Origin: Macrostomum lignano
Taxonomy: Eukaryota
Reading direction: 5' to 3'
DNA: 64,000 nt
Assembly (NCBI GenBank): GCA_002269645.1
Contig: NIVC01000153.1
Span: 124,001-188,000 of the forward strand
The position numbers were made by a program, and so were the translations under genes. The notes under the pieces are model-generated. The model was not told the origin of the DNA. It saw only the letters and a program-made list of their open reading frames with translations, and ran no database searches. Shown piece after piece: positions 50,632-63,385 of the stretch. Within the stretch, counting starts at the first letter, position 1; each line of letters starts with the position of its first letter.

Positions 50632-50680
<49 letters not shown>

Positions 50681-50752
50681 GTTCCAGAGATGGTGCCCAT
50701 GATGGAGCTGGGAAGCAACGCCGACTCGCAGGGCATCCACCCGATCGATTGA
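49860..50752 (+). CDS. Class A GPCR exon 2, TM4-TM7 and poly-Gln tail
   Basis: CCGCAG acceptor in phase 1 gives ERYIGVRHPM; FLVLTWPYY (TM6), YSVNFFLYS (TM7). The spliced CDS is 1332 nt (443 aa). Confidence 0.93.
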
Positions 50753-50777
50753 GACTCAGTATCAAGCTGCTTCAAAA

Positions 50778-51280
50778 TTCGTCTGTATCCCATCCAAATC
50801 ATTTCTATCCCAGCCAGATCGTCTCCATCCCATCCAGATTGTCTCTATCCCATCCAGCCTGTGTCTATCCCATCCAGCTTGTCTCTATCCCATCCAGCCT
50901 GTGTCTATCCCATCCAGCTTGTCTCTATCCCATCCAGCTCATCTCTATCCCATTCAGCTCGTCTCTATCCCATCCAGCCTGTGTCTATCCCATCCAGCTT
51001 CTCTCTATCCCATCCAGCTCGTCTCTATCCCATCCAGCTCGTCTCTATCCCATCCAGCTTCTCTCTATCCCATCTAGATTATCTCTATCCCATCCAGATC
51101 ATCTCTAACCCATCCAGCTTCTCTCTATCCCATCCAGCTCGTCTCTATCCCATCCAGCTTCTCTCTATCCCATCCAGCTCGTCTCTATCCCATCCAGCTC
51201 GTCTCTATCCCATCCAGCTTCTCTCTATCCCATCTAGATCATCTCTATCCCATCCAGATCATCTCTATCCCATTCAGATC
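50778..51280. repeat. Minisatellite, 20 bp unit CTCTATCCCATCCAGCT(C/T)(G/C)T immediately after the GPCR stop
   Basis: About 25 copies starting ~25 nt after TGA. Confidence 0.95.
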
Positions 51281-51671
51281 ATCTGTCTAGCTATCAAACT
51301 TCATCTGTTTCAATTCCAAACGTTTATTTTTTCAGAAACAATTTGAAAATAAATATTCTCTGGACTCAGTTACAAGTACATGTAATGCTAAGATCATTTG
51401 CCGATCAAAATGTACACCCATCTGGATATTGAATTGTATTTTTTGGTAACAGTTCACTTTGCAGTCGAAATTCACGCGTAAATTCACGCAACGGATTTAT
51501 TGAGCCAATTAACGAAGAGTAATTCAATTGTATATTTTGTTATTCTACTCCGTTGCTGTTCCGTGTTTTGTTTTCAACCACTCGTCACCTCTTTTAAACT
51601 GTTTAAAATTCAGATAAAACTATCATTCCAATAGCATTCAATCTGACTTATTTTTCCAGGAATTTCAGGAA

Positions 51672-52615
51672 CCCCTCCTCACCAGCAACCCCTCCTCCTC
51701 ACCAGCAACCCCTCCTCCACACCAGCAACCCCTCCTCCACACCAGCAACCCCTCCTCCACACCAGCAACCCCTCCTCCACACCAGCAACCCCTCCTCCTC
51801 ACCAGCAACCCCTCCTCAACACCAGCAACCCCTCCTCCTCACCAGCAACCCCTCCTCCACACCAGCAACCCCTCCTCCACACCAGCAACCCCTCCTCCTC
51901 ACCAGCAACCCCTCCTCCACACCAGCAACCCCTCCTCCTCACCAGCAACCCCTCCTCCACACCAGCAACTCCTCCTCCTCACCAGCAACCCCTCCTCCCC
52001 ACCAGCAACCCCTCCTCCACACCAGCAACCCCTCCTCCACACCAGCAACCCCTCCTCCACACCAGCAACCCCTCCTCCACACCAGCAACCCCTCCTCCAC
52101 ACCAGCAACCCCTCCTCCACACCAGCAACCCCTCCTCCTCACCAGCAACCCCTCCTCCCCACCAGCAACCCCTCCTCCACACCAGCAACCCCTCCTCCAC
52201 ACCAGCAACCCCTCCTCCACACCAGCAACCCCTCCTCCTCACCAGCAACCCCTCCTCAACACCAGCAACCCCTCCTCCTCACCAGCAACCCCTCCTCCAC
52301 ACCAGCAACCCCTCCTCCACACCAGCAACCCCTCCTCCTCACCAGCAACCCCTCCTCCACACCAGCAACCCCTCCTCCACACCAGCAACCCCTCCTCCTC
52401 ACCAGCAACCCCTCCTCCACACCAGCAACCCTCCTCCACACCAGCAACCCCTCCTCCACACCAGCAACCCCTCCTCCACACCAGCAACCCCTCCTCCTCA
52501 CCAGCAACCCCTCCTCCACACCAGCAACCCCTCCTCCACACCAGCAACCCCTCCTCCTCACCAGCAACTCCTCCTCACCAGCAACTCCTCCTCCTCACCA
52601 GCAACCCCTCCTCAG
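51672..52615. repeat. Minisatellite, 20 bp unit ACCAGCAACCCCTCCTCC(A/T)C
   Basis: About 47 copies. Confidence 0.97.
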
Positions 52616-54193
52616 CACCAAAAACCCCTCCTTCACACGCCTATACCCACAAACAACCCCACCCAATCCAAAATCCGTTGTCATTAAAACAGATTCGTTC
52701 TGTATTATAGCGATACTATTATTTTACAGTAGTAAATATACACCTAAGTTCTGCAATTGCACCACTGTTGCGCCACGGTGTATAAAAAGTAATAAAACGC
52801 ACGCAAGCGAAGTTTTACAGTTTTTTTAAACTAAATCGTTTTAGCACCTGACTGTATACTTTGTAAGCTATGATCGTTTAATCATTTTTTTCTTTGTTCA
52901 AAATAATTTCGTATCTTTCCTACGCGAATTTTTCTCTTTTTAATCCGTCAGTCCTCGGTTGAAGGCAATTTAATGATACGAACTTATTTATTTGTGTAAT
53001 AGATGTAATAAAATTTTATTCTTATTCAAATTCAACTATGTTTTGCAGTAAAGATTTGTCAGTCTGTCAGTCTGTGAGCGCTGTAAACACACTAACTATA
53101 AATAGTATTTTCCTTATTGAGAAATATACAACCGCAACCTTATATAGCCATTGATAAATCCTTTTGCTTGGCTTGGTTTCTGATTGGACTTGCTGTGGGA
53201 TTCCCATACGGGGATTAACTGGATCTTCGTGCTTCGCCATCCAAGCGACACAGAAGATATGGGAAGTAGCGCTCCAACTTCTACAATACAAAAAATGGTC
53301 AAAATACTTATTCTTTGGTAATAAATAATACTCGTATACATTAATGGAATCCATTTGACCGACATTCACAGTTTTATAAAGAGAAGTAATTTTTGTAAGA
53401 TCGTCATTTCCAGGTGAGTCCTAAAGTTGAAAATTACAGTAAAAAATAAAATACTTATTCGTTCTTTTAAAGAAATGCTGACTGCACAGAGTAATGGACA
53501 AACTCTGCAACATTTCCTGGCTGGGAGATTGGACATAGCCAAGGAACATGCACTGAGCAGAAAAGGAGAACCATGCAGAAGCAGCCTTGGCAGAGAAAGT
53601 AATAACTATATAGGCCAATATAAGCTTATCCCGCACCAAGAGGCCCGGAGAAGTGGCTGAGCCGCAAAGTTTGCGCTCTGGGAGAGAAGGACAGTGAAAA
53701 AACTGAAAGCAGGACAAACAAAATATACGAGGCTAGAGGAACCGGGGCGGGGGGCACAGCTGATGAAGCGACTTGGCACTGGACCAGTTTCACTTCTGCT
53801 CGATAGCCAAGGCCCCAGGATTGGGCAAGCATTGATAAGAGGGTGAAAACTCCCATCCAGTCCGATGGGAGCAGCTGGCGGGGCATTAGAATTTCTAATG
53901 AAGCTGGGAAGTTTTATCTCTTATCTCCCCTCCCCTGTCTGTGCGACACCAACTGATCATTGGGCGGGGCAGCTTCTTGTAAGAGTAATTGGTTACTAAC
54001 CTAGCAATTGGTAGATTGATTGGTTTAGGCAGTTTGCAGCTAACTTGAATAACATTCGGTGCAGTTGACAGTCCTCAAATGTACTTTATTCAATAGATTT
54101 CCTAGCGTTCTAAGTTTCTAAGTTTATCAAGTTTATCGGCGACAGTTCTCCTCTCTTTAATGCTTTTAGACGGAGCGTGTACACTGCCTATAA

Positions 54194-54682
54194 CAGGGGT
54201 TGGCTTACTCCGGCCGGGAGGGGCACATGCGCCCTCGAAGCCTCTATCCACCCACCGGGCCCTTTAAAAGTTCCCATGAAATAGCAATCCGGCCCGCTCA
54301 AGGTGTGTCTCTTCTAACCGTTCTTCTCAGTTCTCTCCTCTCTCCCCTCTTACGTATCTCTTAATCTTCTCTCCTTTTCCCTCCCTCCTCTCTCATCTTT
54401 CTCTTATACCATATCTCTTCTCTTTTCCTTTCTTTTCTCCTCTCCTTTCTTCTTTCCTCTCATCTCTCCTCTCTCTCCTTTCCTCTCATCTCCTTTCCTC
54501 TCTTCTCCTCTCCTTTCTTCTCCTCTCCTTTCCTCCCTCCTCTCTCCTCCCCATTCTTCTCCCCTCTCATCTCCTCTATTCTTTCCTCTCATCTCGCCTC
54601 TCACCTCTTTTCTCTTCTCTCTCATCTATTCCTAATTTGCTCTGTCATCTGGCCCTTGAGAGAAAAAGTTTGCCGACCCCTA
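54194..54682. mobile_element. Probable non-autonomous hAT (Charlie/MER58-like termini) with internal CT-rich expansion
   Basis: Left CAGGGGTTGGCTTACT; right end reverse complement TAGGGGTCGGCAAACTTTTTCTCTCAAGGGCCAGAT, resembling the recalled Charlie-type end CAGGGGTCGGCAAACTTTTT...AAGGGCCAGAT. TIRs 12/16 identical; 8-bp TSD not seen. Confidence 0.5.
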
Positions 54683-55189
54683 AGACACTGAGAAAGTCAG
54701 TGCTGCTGACACAGTGCCCGTATGCTTGCTCGGATATCAGCGCAAATTGACTGCCAAATTGATCTGTAATAAGCTGCTCTGAGAAGTCTAAATAAATCTC
54801 TGAGCATATTTCGCAACTGAGGTCAAGTCCAAAGTTGCTCCACAAAAAACAGGAACCCAATAAAAGTAGGTATACAATAAATATTTATATTATCACCGCA
54901 AACAGACTGCAGGGCGTACAGATTGCTCTAGTGTTTATATTGACGAACTATCATTTCAGTTTTCAATATAAGCCAGTCGTGACATACTAGTAAATAAGTG
55001 ACAGAATGCGGTTATGACATTTAAAAAGAATAATAGCCAGTATATATGCGTGGTGTATATGCAGACCTCAACGCACCAGAAATGATCACGGTTAACTCAA
55101 ACGGTGAGAGAAGTAAAAGCAGCCAGTTTTGATAAAATTAATTTATTAATGTATTTTTGGCGGAATATGCAGAGAAGTGAAGAGAAGGG

Positions 55190-56638
55190 AGGGGATGAGG
55201 AGCAGGGAGGGGATGAGGAGCAGGGAGAGGATGAGGAGCAGGAAGGGGATGAGGAGCAGGGAGGGGATGAGGAGCAGGAAGGGGATGAGGAGCAGTGAGA
55301 GGATGAGGAGCAGTGAGGGGATGAGGAGCAGTGAGAGGATGAGGAGCAGGGAGGGGATGAGGGGATGAGGAGCAGTGAGGGGATGAGGAGCAGTGAGAGG
55401 ATGAGGAGCAGGGAGGGGATGAGGGGATGAGGAGAAGGGAGGGGATGAGGAGCAGGGAGAGGATGAGGAGCAGGAAGGGGATGAGGAGCAGGGAGAGGAT
55501 GAGGAGCAGGAAGGGGATGAGGAGCAGGGAGGGGATGAGGAGCAGGGAGGGGATGAGGAGCAGGGAGGGGATGAGGAGCAGGGAGGGGATGAGGAGCAGT
55601 GAGAGGATGAGGAGCAGTGAGGGGATGAGGAGCAGTGAGAGGATGAGGAGCAGTGAGGGGATGAGGAGCAGTGAGAGGATGAGGAGCAGTGAGGGGATGA
55701 GGAGCAGTGAGAGGATGAGGAGAAGTGAGGGGATGAGGAGCAGTGAGAGGATGAGGAGCAGGAAGGGGATGAGGAGCAGGGAGGGGATGAGGAGCAGTGA
55801 GAGGATGAGGAGCAGGAAGGGGATGAGGAGGAGGGAGGGGATGAGGAGCAGGAAGGGGATGAGGAGGAGGGAGGGGATGAGGAGCAGGAAGGGGATGAGG
55901 AGCAGGGAGGGGATGAGGAGCAGGGAGAGGATGAGGAGCAGGAAGGGGATGAGGAGGAGGGAGGGGATGAGGAGCAGGAAGGGGATGAGGAGGAGGGAGG
56001 GGATGAGGAGCAGGAAGGGGATGAGGAGCAGGGAGAGGATGAGGAGCAGGAAGGGGATGAGGAGCAGGGAGGGGATGAGGAGCAGGGAGGGGGAAGAGGA
56101 GCAGGAAGGGGATGAGGAGCAGGGAGAGGATGAGGAGCAGGGAGGGGATGAGGAGCAGGAAGGGGATGAGGAGCAGGGAGGGGATGAGGAGCAGGAAGGG
56201 GATGAGGAGCAGGAAGGGGATGAGGAGCAGGGAGGGGATGAGGAGCAGGAAGGGGATGAGGAGCAGTGAGAGGATGAGGAGCAGTGAGGGGATGAGGAGC
56301 AGGGAGGGGATGAGGAGCAGGAAGGGGATGAGGAGCAGGGAGGGGATGAGGAGCAGGAAGGGGATGAGGAGCAGGGAGGGGATGAGGAGCAGGGAGAGGA
56401 TGAGGAGCAGGGAGGGGATGAGGAGCAGGGAGGGGATGAGGAGCAGGGAGGGGATGAGGAGCAGGAAGGGGATGAGGAGCAGGGAGGGGATGAGGAGCAG
56501 GGAGAGGATGAGGAGCAGGGAGGGGATGAGGAGCAGGAAGGGGATGAGGAGCAGGGAGGGGATGAGGAGCAGGAAGGGGATGAGGAGCAGGGAGGGGATG
56601 AGGAGCAGGGAGAGGATGAGGAGCAGGAAGGGGATGAG
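55190..56638. repeat. Purine-rich minisatellite, 18 bp unit GGGATGAGGAGCAGG(G/A)AG
   Basis: About 80 copies. Confidence 0.97.
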
Positions 56639-57144
56639 AATTAGTAAACGAAATGAGATAACGAGCGCAAGGATTTACAGACAGCAGAAATATCAACGGA
56701 TTATCAGTTAGCAGTTTAGCACAGTGGCATATAATGAAAGAAAAGTAATCTTCGAAACACGGAACCAATCAGGACAGAAGAAAGGTTCTACTGGCAAAGA
56801 GCAAGAAAGCAAAATTTACAGCAAGCAAAGCCCGTCATAGTAGAACACCAGTCTTGAAAGGAATTGCTGGAAAACAAATAAAAATACACAAGATAAGACA
56901 CAGAAACAAAATAGCGCTGCATGCAATACCGCGCAGACAGCGGCATCAACAAAAATCTGGCATATCTGATTATAGATAACAAAACCGCCATCCTAGCCTT
57001 TTCAAGCTTTGAGAAATTAAATACAGGGACCAGACCAGGAACAATGTGCAGTGCGTGAAAATGGAGTCTGGGAATAACTTATAAAAGGCATGAAGAATGG
57101 GATTTTACAGAGGGTTGGAAAAACTCATTGGGCAGGGGGAAATG

Positions 57145-57525
57145 GGATGCGGAACCTGATTAGGGGAATGGAAAACGGGATGCGGAACCTGATTAGGGGA
57201 ATGGAAAACGGGATGCGGAACCTGATTAGGGGAAGGGGAACGGGATGCGGAACCTGATTAGGGGAAGGGGAACGGGATGCGGAACCTGATTAGGGGAATT
57301 GAAAACGGGATGCGGAACCTGATTAGGGGAAGGGGAACGGGATGCGGAACCTGATTAGGGGAATGGAAAACGGGATGCGGAACCTGATTAGGGGAAGGGG
57401 AACGGGATGCGGAACCTGATTAGGGGAAGGGGAACGGGATGCGGAACCTGATTAGGGAAAGGCGAACGGGATGCGGAACCTGATTAGGGGAATGGAAAAC
57501 GAGATGCGGAACATGATTAGTGGAA
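57145..57525. repeat. G-rich minisatellite, ~31-33 bp unit GGGATGCGGAACCTGATTAGGGGAAGGGGAAC
   Basis: About 12 copies; G-tract content suggests G-quadruplex potential. Confidence 0.94.
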
Positions 57526-57986
57526 AGGGAATAGGATGCGGAAACCCATTTCAATGATTGCAATGGATGCACATTAAATAAGACAATAGCACTATAAAAC
57601 AAAGGCAAAAGCAGACGCAGAAAAAAACGCATTAAGACAGGCAGAATTACAATAAATAATATTTCATAAAGCTTCATCGCCAAAAGCAGACAAAGTGAAA
57701 TCAGCAGAGCATAGTAAAGCTTAGCACAAAGTCACACAGAAATCAATAATCAGAGATTTAAACACTCAAAAAATATAGGCACAAACATAAGGACTCCCGC
57801 AGTCAAAACAAACAAATAAAATATTTATTTTGCTACACTTTAACTCAATTATAATTTCAATCTATAAATAACGCAGTTGATTAAAAATAATGATTAAAAC
57901 AGGACCAAAACCAGCGCGTATTATTGTTGCATAATTTACTCAGGCTCTCACCGTTAACAGGAGCATGCAAATTGATCCCGGATAGG

Positions 57987-58253
57987 TTTTGACCATAGAC
58001 TAATCGACTCTAATGCTTGAAGTCTCCTAGTCTTCTAGGATTAGAGAGATTATATCGAGCGTGAACATAGAATGCCAGCCTGAAGGGGGGGGAGGTTGGC
58101 TCTTGGCCATAGACTAATCGACTCTAACGCTTGAAGTCTCTTATAGGATTAGAGAGATTAATATCGAGTGTGAACATAGAATGCCAGCCTGAAGAGGGTG
58201 GAGGTTGGTTCTTGGCCATAGACTACAGTCGGCCATTTTGTCTATGGTCAAAA
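57987..58253. mobile_element. MITE-like element with 14-bp TIR and internal ~110-bp tandem duplication
   Basis: TTTTGACCATAGAC at 57987 and GTCTATGGTCAAAA ending 58253; CCATAGACTA recurs internally at about 58107 and 58216. Confidence 0.65.
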
Positions 58254-58403
58254 GCTAAACTATCGGACTGGAAGCGTTTCACTACTCTTCGATGTCAATA
58301 TGCTACTCAGTATGATAATAAAAATGGTATAGACAATAGGACTATATATAGCTACAGACTGCCGCCACCTCCACCACCGCCTCAAGCCAGCAGCGCCAGA
58401 GCT

Positions 58404-58805
58404 TCAAACGTCTAAGACGGCCAGTCGTTGAAGCAGAGCGGCAACTAGTGCGGCTAACAGGCCGAAAGCCAGCATGCAGGCGAGGGCTGCGCGGGTCTCT
58501 TGGCTGAAGCCGGCTGTTACTGATTGCCAATGCCACCAAGGCAAGCTCTGCTGCTGTTGCTGCTGCGGCTGCTGCTTTTGCTGCGATTGCTTCTGCTGCA
58601 TTGTCGATGCCTCTTTGCTTGCCGAAGAAGCTGAAGCTGCCGCTGCTGCTGGCCTGCGAGTGCAGAATGCTGCCGAGTGCGAGTACGGGCCAGTCAGCTC
58701 ATCCCCGGTGTCCGGGCAGCGGCGGCAGGCGGCCACGCGGACATGATAGTCCGTGCCCGGCCGCAGGCTGCTGAGGCGGTGGCACTGCTCCGTGCCTCTG
58801 TGCAC
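58404..58805 (-). CDS. FNDC3: FNDC3-like protein last exon: end of FN3 repeat and C-terminal membrane anchor
   Basis: VHRGTEQCHRLSSLRPGTDYHVRVAACR...GPYS, then hydrophobic AALACMLAFGLLAALVAALL and stop. CCGCAG acceptor, phase 0. Confidence 0.85.
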   Translation of the reverse strand: MHRGTEQCHRLSSLRPGTDYHVRVAACRRCPDTGDELTGPYSHSAAFCTRRPAAAAASASSASKEASTMQQKQSQQKQQPQQQQQQSLPWWHWQSVTAGFSQETRAALACMLAFGLLAALVAALLQRLAVLDV

Positions 58806-58824
58806 CTGCGGCGGGTTCGGGTTG

Positions 58825-59075
58825 GGTAGATGTGTGCTGCTTGGTAGATGTGTGCTGCTTGGTAGATGTGTGCTGCTGGGTAGATGTGTGCTGCTGGGTA
58901 GATGTGTGCTGCTGGGTAGATGTGTGCTGCTTGGTAGATGTGTGCTGCTGGGTAGATATGTGCTGCTGAGTAGATGTGTGCTGCTGGGTAGATATGTGCT
59001 GCTGAGTAGATGTGTGCTGCTGGGTAGATATGTGCTGCTGAGTAGATGTGTGCTGTTGGGTAGATATGTGTTGTA
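58825..59075. repeat. Intronic minisatellite, 18 bp unit TGTGTGCTGCTGGGTAGA
   Basis: About 14 copies ending ~19 nt from the FNDC3 acceptor. Confidence 0.95.
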
Positions 59076-59532
59076 TAAGCAGTGAGGCTATTCTCTACAT
59101 CACATAAATCGTACGCTCAGAAACCAGTAATTAACAGGCGTACACACGCGATCGTATAGTATAGAGATTATATACTCGCATATACTGTTGATACAGAGAA
59201 CACAACGTACTAAGCTGCTAATGCGGTGCATATGTCCAGCAAGGCAGAATAATGATGGACAGGTGTAGTTATAGACTAAACGGAAATGAATTTAAAAAAA
59301 CTCCATGATGGCGGTTTTCAGCACGAGATCTGAATAGATGCTGCTTATAACTATAAGAGTATAGTAAGCCAGAGCCAAAAAATGGACGGAACTGCAACTA
59401 ATTGCGGAAAAATTTCGGAACTGAAGAAGGCGAGGAGACAGTCGAGTAGTTATTTTTCTCCACTATGAGTATTATCACCGGCTGAGCTTTTCTACTCCTA
59501 AAGGTGCGTTAGGAGCCGGGACAGTGTGCAAA

Positions 59533-62500
59533 GTGACTGAGTGAGGGAATCCAGCAGAACCAATTGAGTGACTGAGTGAGGGAATCCAGCAGAATCAATT
59601 CAGTGACTGAGTGAGGGAATCCAGCAGAATCAATTCAGTGACTGAGTGAGGGAATCCAGCAGCACCAATTGAGTGACTGAGTGAGGGAATCCAGCAGAAC
59701 CAATGAGTGACTGAGTGAGGGAATCCAGCAGAATCAATTCAGTGACTGAGTGAGGGAATCCAGCAGAACCAATTCAGTGACTGAGTGAGGGAATCCAGCA
59801 GCACCAATTGAGTGACTGAGTGAGGGAATCCAGCAGAACCAATGAGTGACTGAGTGAGGGAATCCAGCAGAATCAATTCAGTGACTGAGTGAGGGAATCC
59901 AGCAGAACCAATGAGTGACTGAGTGAGGGAATCCAGCAGCACCAATTGAGTGACTGAGTGAGGGAATCCAGCAGAATCAATTCAGTGACTGAGTGAGGGA
60001 ATCCAGCAGAATCAATTCAGTGACTGAGTGAGGGAATCCAGCAGAATCAATTCAGTGACTGAGTGAGGGAATCCAGCAGAACCAATTCAGTGACTGAGTG
60101 AGGGAATCCAGCAGAATCAATTCAGTGACTGAGTGAGGGAATCCAGCAGCACCAATTGAGTGACTGAGTGAGGGAATCCAGCAGAACCAATGAGTGACTG
60201 AGTGAGGGAATCCAGCAGCACCAATTGAGTGACTGAGTGAGGGAATCCAGCAGAATCAATTCAGTGACTGAGTGAGGGAATCCAGCAGAATCAATTCAGT
60301 GACTGAGTGAGGGAATCCAGCAGAATCAATTCAGTGACTGAGTGAGGGAATCCAGCAGAACCAATGAGTGACTGAGTGAGGGAATCCAGCAGCACCAATT
60401 GAGTGACTGAGTGAGGGAATCCAGCAGAAACAATTGAGTGACTGAGTGAGGGAATCCAGCAGAATCAATTCAGTGACTGAGTAAGGGAATCCAGCAGAAC
60501 CAATGAGTGACTGAGTGAGGGAATCCAGCAGCACCAATTGAGTGACTGAGTGAGGGAATCCAGCAGAAACAATTGAGTGACTGAGTGAGGGAATCCAGCA
60601 GAATCAATTGAGTGACTGAGTGAGGGAATCCAGCAGCACCAATTGAGTGACTGAGTGAGGGAATCCAGCAGAACCAATTCAGTGACTGAGTGAGGGAATC
60701 CAGCAGCACCAATTGAGTGACTGAGTGAGGGAATCCAGCAGAACCAATTCAGTGACTGAGTGAGGGAATCCAGCAGAACCAATGAGTGACTGAGTGAGGG
60801 AATCCAGCAGAACCAATTGAGTGACTGAGTGAGGGAATCCAGCAGAATCAATTCAGTGACTGAGTGAGGGAATCCAGCAGAATCAATTCAGTGACTGAGT
60901 GAGGGAATCCAGCAGAACCAATGAGTGACTGAGTGAGGGAATCCAGCAGAAACAATTGAGTGACTGAGTGAGGGAATCCAGCAGAATCAATTGAGTGACT
61001 GAGTGAGGGAATCCAGCAGAACCAATTCAGTGACTGAGTGAGGGAATCCAGCAGCACCAATTGAGTGACTGAGTGAGGGAATCCAGCAGAACCAATTCAG
61101 TGACTGAGTGAGGGAATCCAGCAGAACCAATGAGTGACTGAGTGAGGGAATCCAGCAGAACCAATTGAGTGACTGAGTGAGGGAATCCAGCAGAATCAAT
61201 TCAGTGACTGAGTGAGGGAATCCAGCAGAATCAATTCAGTGACTGAGTAAGGGAATCCAGCAGAACCAATGAGTGACTGAGTGAGGGAATCCAGCAGAAT
61301 CAATTCAGTGACTGAGTGAGGGAATCCAGCAGAATCAATTCAGTGACTGAGTGAGGGAATCCAGCAGAATCAATTCAGTGACTGAGTGAGGGAATCCAGC
61401 AGAACCAATTGAGTGACTGAGTGAGGGAATCCAGCAGAATCAATTCAGTGACTGAGTGAGGGAATCCAGCAGAATCAATTCAGTGACTGAGTGAGGGAAT
61501 CCAGCAGAATCAATTCAGTGACTGAGTGAGGGAATCCAGCAGAATCAATTCAGTGACTGAGTGAGGGAATCCAGCAGAACCAATTGAGTGACTGAGTGAG
61601 GGAATCCAGCAGAAACAATTGAGTGACTGAGTGAGGGAATCCAGCAGAATCAATGAGTGACTGAGTGAGGGAATCCAGCAGAATCAATTCAGTGACTGAG
61701 TGAGGGAATCCAGCAGCACCAATTGAGTGACTGAGTGAGGGAATCCAGCAGCACCAATTGAGTGACTGAGTGAGGGAATCCAGCAGAATCAATTGAGTGA
61801 CTGAGTGAGGGAATCCAGCAGAATCAATTCAGTGACTGAGTGAGGGAATCCAGCAGCACCAATTGAGTGACTGAGTGAGGGAATCCAGCAGAATCAATTC
61901 AGTGACTGAGTGAGGGAATCCAGCAGAAACAATTGAGTGACTGAGTGAGGGAATCCAGCAGAATCAATTCAGTGACTGAGTGAGGGAATCCAGCAGAACC
62001 AATGAGTGACTCAGTGAGGGAATCCAGCAGAATCAATTGAGTGACTGAGTGAGGGAATCCAGCAGAATCAATTCAGTGACTGAGTGAGGGAATCCAGCAG
62101 AATCAATGAGTGACTGAGTGAGGGAATCCAGCAGCACCAATTGAGTGACTGAGTGAGGGAATCCAGCAGAATCAATTCAGTGACTGAGTGAGGGAATCCA
62201 GCAGAACCAATTGAGTGACTGAGTGAGGGAATCCAGCAGAATCAATTCAGTGACTGAGTGAGGGAATCCAGCAGAATCAATGAGTGACTGAGTGAGGGAA
62301 TCCAGCAGAATCAATTCAGTGACTGAGTGAGGGAATCCAGCAGAATCAATGAGTGACTGAGTGAGGGAATCCAGCAGCACGAATTGAGTGACTGAGTGAG
62401 GGAATCCAGCAGAATCAATTCAGTGACTGAGTGAGGGAATCCAGCAGAATCAATTCAGTGACTGAGTGAGGGAATCCAGCAGAATCAATTCAGTGACTGA

Positions 62501-63353
62501 GTGAGGGAATCCAGCAGAATCAATGAGTGACTGAGTGAGGGAATCCAGCAGAACCAATTCAGTGACTGAGTGAGGGAATCCAGCAGCACCAATTGAGTGA
62601 CTGAGTGAGGGAATCCAGCAGAATCAATTCAGTGACTGAGTGAGGGAATCCAGCAGAATCAATTCAGTGACTGAGTGAGGGAATCCAGCAGAATCAATTC
62701 AGTGACTGAGTGAGGGAATCCAGCAGAATCAATGAGTGACTGAGTGAGGGAATCCAGCAGAATCAATTGAGTGACTGAGTGAGGGAATCCAGCAGAACCA
62801 ATTGAGTGACTGAGTGAGGGAATCCAGCAGCACCAATTGAGTGACTGAGTGAGGGAATCCAGCAGAACCAATTGAGTGACTGAGTGAGGGAATCCAGCAG
62901 AACCAATGAGTGACTGAGTGAGGGAATCCAGCAGAATCAATTCAGTGACTGAGTAAGGGAATCCAGCAGAATCAATTCAGTGACTGAGTGAGGGAATCCA
63001 GCAGAACCAATTGAGTGACTGAGTGAGGGAATCCAGCAGAATCAATTCAGTGACTGAGTGAGGGAATCCAGCAGAATCAATGAGTGACTGAGTGAGGGAA
63101 TCCAGCAGCACCAATTGAGTGACTGAGTGAGGGAATCCAGCAGAATCAATGAGTGACTGAGTGAGGGAATCCAGCAGCACCAATTGAGTGACTGAGTGAG
63201 GGAATCCAGCAGAATCAATTCAGTGACTGAGTGAAGGAATCCAGCAGCACCAATTGAGTGACTGAGTGAGGGAATCCAGCAGAACCAATGAGTGACTGAG
63301 TGAGGGAATCCAGCAGAACCAATGAGTGACTGAGTGAGGGAATCCAGCAGAAC
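59533..63353. repeat. Intronic minisatellite, 33-35 bp unit GTGACTGAGTGAGGGAATCCAGCAGAATCAATTCA
   Basis: About 110 copies, the largest array in the window; starts ~32 nt from the donor on the sense strand. Confidence 0.98.
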
Positions 63354-63385
63354 AGGACTGCAGGTTCAAGAAAGCGGCAGCATAC

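Noticed and set aside
53480-53900. Possible decayed non-LTR retrotransposon 3' end (QTLQHFL, AKFALWERR)
   Set aside because: Only two short motif resemblances in different frames; too weak to call without a profile search.
55146-56768. Long (PHPLPA)n and (EGMRSR)n ORFs
   Set aside because: Translations of an 18-bp purine-rich satellite.
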